The translations under genes were made by a program, and so were the position numbers. From the IMG/VR virus record IMGVR_UViG_3300045988_038418, positions 1-41,274 of that record: a stretch of 41,274 nt of DNA; one strand, given 5' to 3'. Source of the DNA: a virus. Each line of letters begins with the position of its first letter. The first letter of the stretch is position 1. This document shows, piece after piece, positions 40,442 to 41,274 of the stretch. The notes beneath the pieces are model-generated. The model searched no databases. It was not told where the DNA came from and saw only the letters and a list, made by a program, of their open reading frames with translations.

Positions 40442-41274
40442 ATGAAAGGCTACAAAGGATTTAGAAAAGGTCTTATATGCAAAGGAAAACAATATGCAGA
40501 GAATACTGTTTTTGAAGAAGAAGAAGCCGTGATTTGTAAAAAGGGGATGCATTTTTGCAAAAATCCGTTTGACGTTCTTGATTATTACGGCTTCGTAGAT
40601 AAAAAAGGAAGTATGAACGAATTTGCAGAAGTTGAATCGTTAAATGACACATACACATATACAAACGATGATAAAAAGTATTGCACGACCAAACTGAAGG
40701 TAGGTGCAAAGCTGTCGTTTGCCGGATTTGTTAAGACGTGCGTTGATTTTGTTCTCGAAAAAACGACGGTAGAGATAGGAGATGCTGACGAAAATAAGAT
40801 TGTGTCTTCCGGTGACTCTGCGAAGATTGTGTCTTCCGGTAACTATGCGCAGATCGGTTCTTCCGGTTACTCTGCGAAGATCGGTTCTTCCGGTGACTAT
40901 GCGAAGATCGGTTCTTCCGGTTACTCTGCGAAGATCGGTTCTTCCGGTTACTCTGCGCAGATCGGTTCTTCCGGTTACTCTGCGCAGATCGGTTCTTCCG
41001 GTTACTATGCGCAGATCGGTTCTTCCGGTGACTATGCGCAGATCGGTTCTTCCGGTGACTATGCGAAGATCGGTTCTTCCGGTGACTATGCGCAGATCGG
41101 TTCTTCCGGTTACTCTGCGCAGATCGGTTCTTCCGGGAACTCTGCGCAGATCGGTTCTTCCGGTTACTCTGCGCAGATCGGTTCTTCCGGTTACTATGCG
41201 AAGATCGGTTCTTCCGGTGACTATGCGAAGATCGGTTCTTCCGGTGACTATGCGAAGATCGGTTCTTCCGGTGA
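40442..41274 (+). CDS. DUF7666-like N-terminal domain fused to a long nonapeptide (27-nt) repeat array. It runs off the contig end and continues at 1..285.
   Basis: It is absent from the ORF track because it has no stop before the contig end. An AGGAGG RBS is present. The N-terminal segment KGYKGFRKGLICKGKQYAENTVFEEEEAVICKKGMHFCKNPFDVLDYY matches DUF7666 as recalled. About 18 SSG[DYN][YS]A[KQ]IG units follow. Confidence 0.8.
   Translation, partial: MKGYKGFRKGLICKGKQYAENTVFEEEEAVICKKGMHFCKNPFDVLDYYGFVDKKGSMNEFAEVESLNDTYTYTNDDKKYCTTKLKVGAKLSFAGFVKTCVDFVLEKTTVEIGDADENKIVSSGDSAKIVSSGNYAQIGSSGYSAKIGSSGDYAKIGSSGYSAKIGSSGYSAQIGSSGYSAQIGSSGYYAQIGSSGDYAQIGSSGDYAKIGSSGDYAQIGSSGYSAQIGSSGNSAQIGSSGYSAQIGSSGYYAKIGSSGDYAKIGSSGDYAKIGSSG
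40805..41274 (+). repeat. In-frame 27-nt tandem repeat array (17.4 units in this stretch, continuing into 1..69)
   Basis: The unit is TCTTCCGGT-(G/T/A)AC-T(A/C)T-GCG-(A/C)AG-ATCGGT. Units 2-17 are identical except at those three nucleotide positions and one synonymous GGT>GGG change. Confidence 0.95.

Noticed and set aside
40805-41274. The regular 27-nt repeat array could be mistaken for a CRISPR array.
   Set aside because: The units are directly abutting with no spacers. They are in frame within a long ORF that has an RBS and N- and C-terminal domains. No cas genes or leader are present.
1-41274. tRNA, rRNA or tmRNA genes.
   Set aside because: I noticed no cloverleaf-like or rRNA-like segments in the few non-coding gaps, all of which are under 220 nt. 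This was checked by eye only, and a tRNAscan-SE run would settle it.

Overview
The window looks like a complete temperate siphovirus-type phage or prophage genome from a Firmicutes (probably Clostridia-like) host, judged by AGGAGG-type ribosome binding sites and gene content. Nt 1-53 are identical to nt 41222-41274, so the contig closes into a circle of about 41.2 kb. The break point lies inside a 27-nt tandem-repeat gene. In window order the modules are as follows. (1) The end of the early region: the tail of the repeat protein, a DUF551-like protein, a PD-(D/E)XK resolvase-like nuclease, a replisome organizer with internal iterons, a G39P-like helicase loader, HTH proteins and a RinA-like late activator (1-3994). 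(2) Packaging and head genes: terS, terL, an SPP1-type portal, a MuF/gp7-like protein, scaffold and major capsid (4233-10946). (3) Connector and tail genes: major tail protein, a gpG/gpT chaperone pair with a -1 frameshift, a tape measure gene split by a group I intron that carries an HNH homing endonuclease, Dit, a Gp37-like hub, and four fibre or receptor-binding proteins, one with an SGNH esterase domain (10969-22981). (4) A lipoprotein and a lysis cassette (23047-24718). (5) A terminator-delimited accessory cassette on the + strand: a sigma-region-4-like regulator, a Cys/His protein, Q/N-rich proteins, a Gly/Cys-rich membrane protein and a protein resembling the BclA C-terminal domain (24727-28362). 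(6) Two leftward mini-operons of small proteins, several acidic, driven by duplicated consensus promoters that each contain a palindromic operator (28383-30420). (7) A lysogeny module: large serine integrase, two XRE regulators, a lipoprotein, and a three-operator switch (30503-34500). (8) Early genes including an antirepressor and a YqaJ exonuclease / DUF1351 / RecT recombination set (34531-40420). All family names are recalled from motifs read in the translations. No database search was run. No tRNA, rRNA or CRISPR array was seen.
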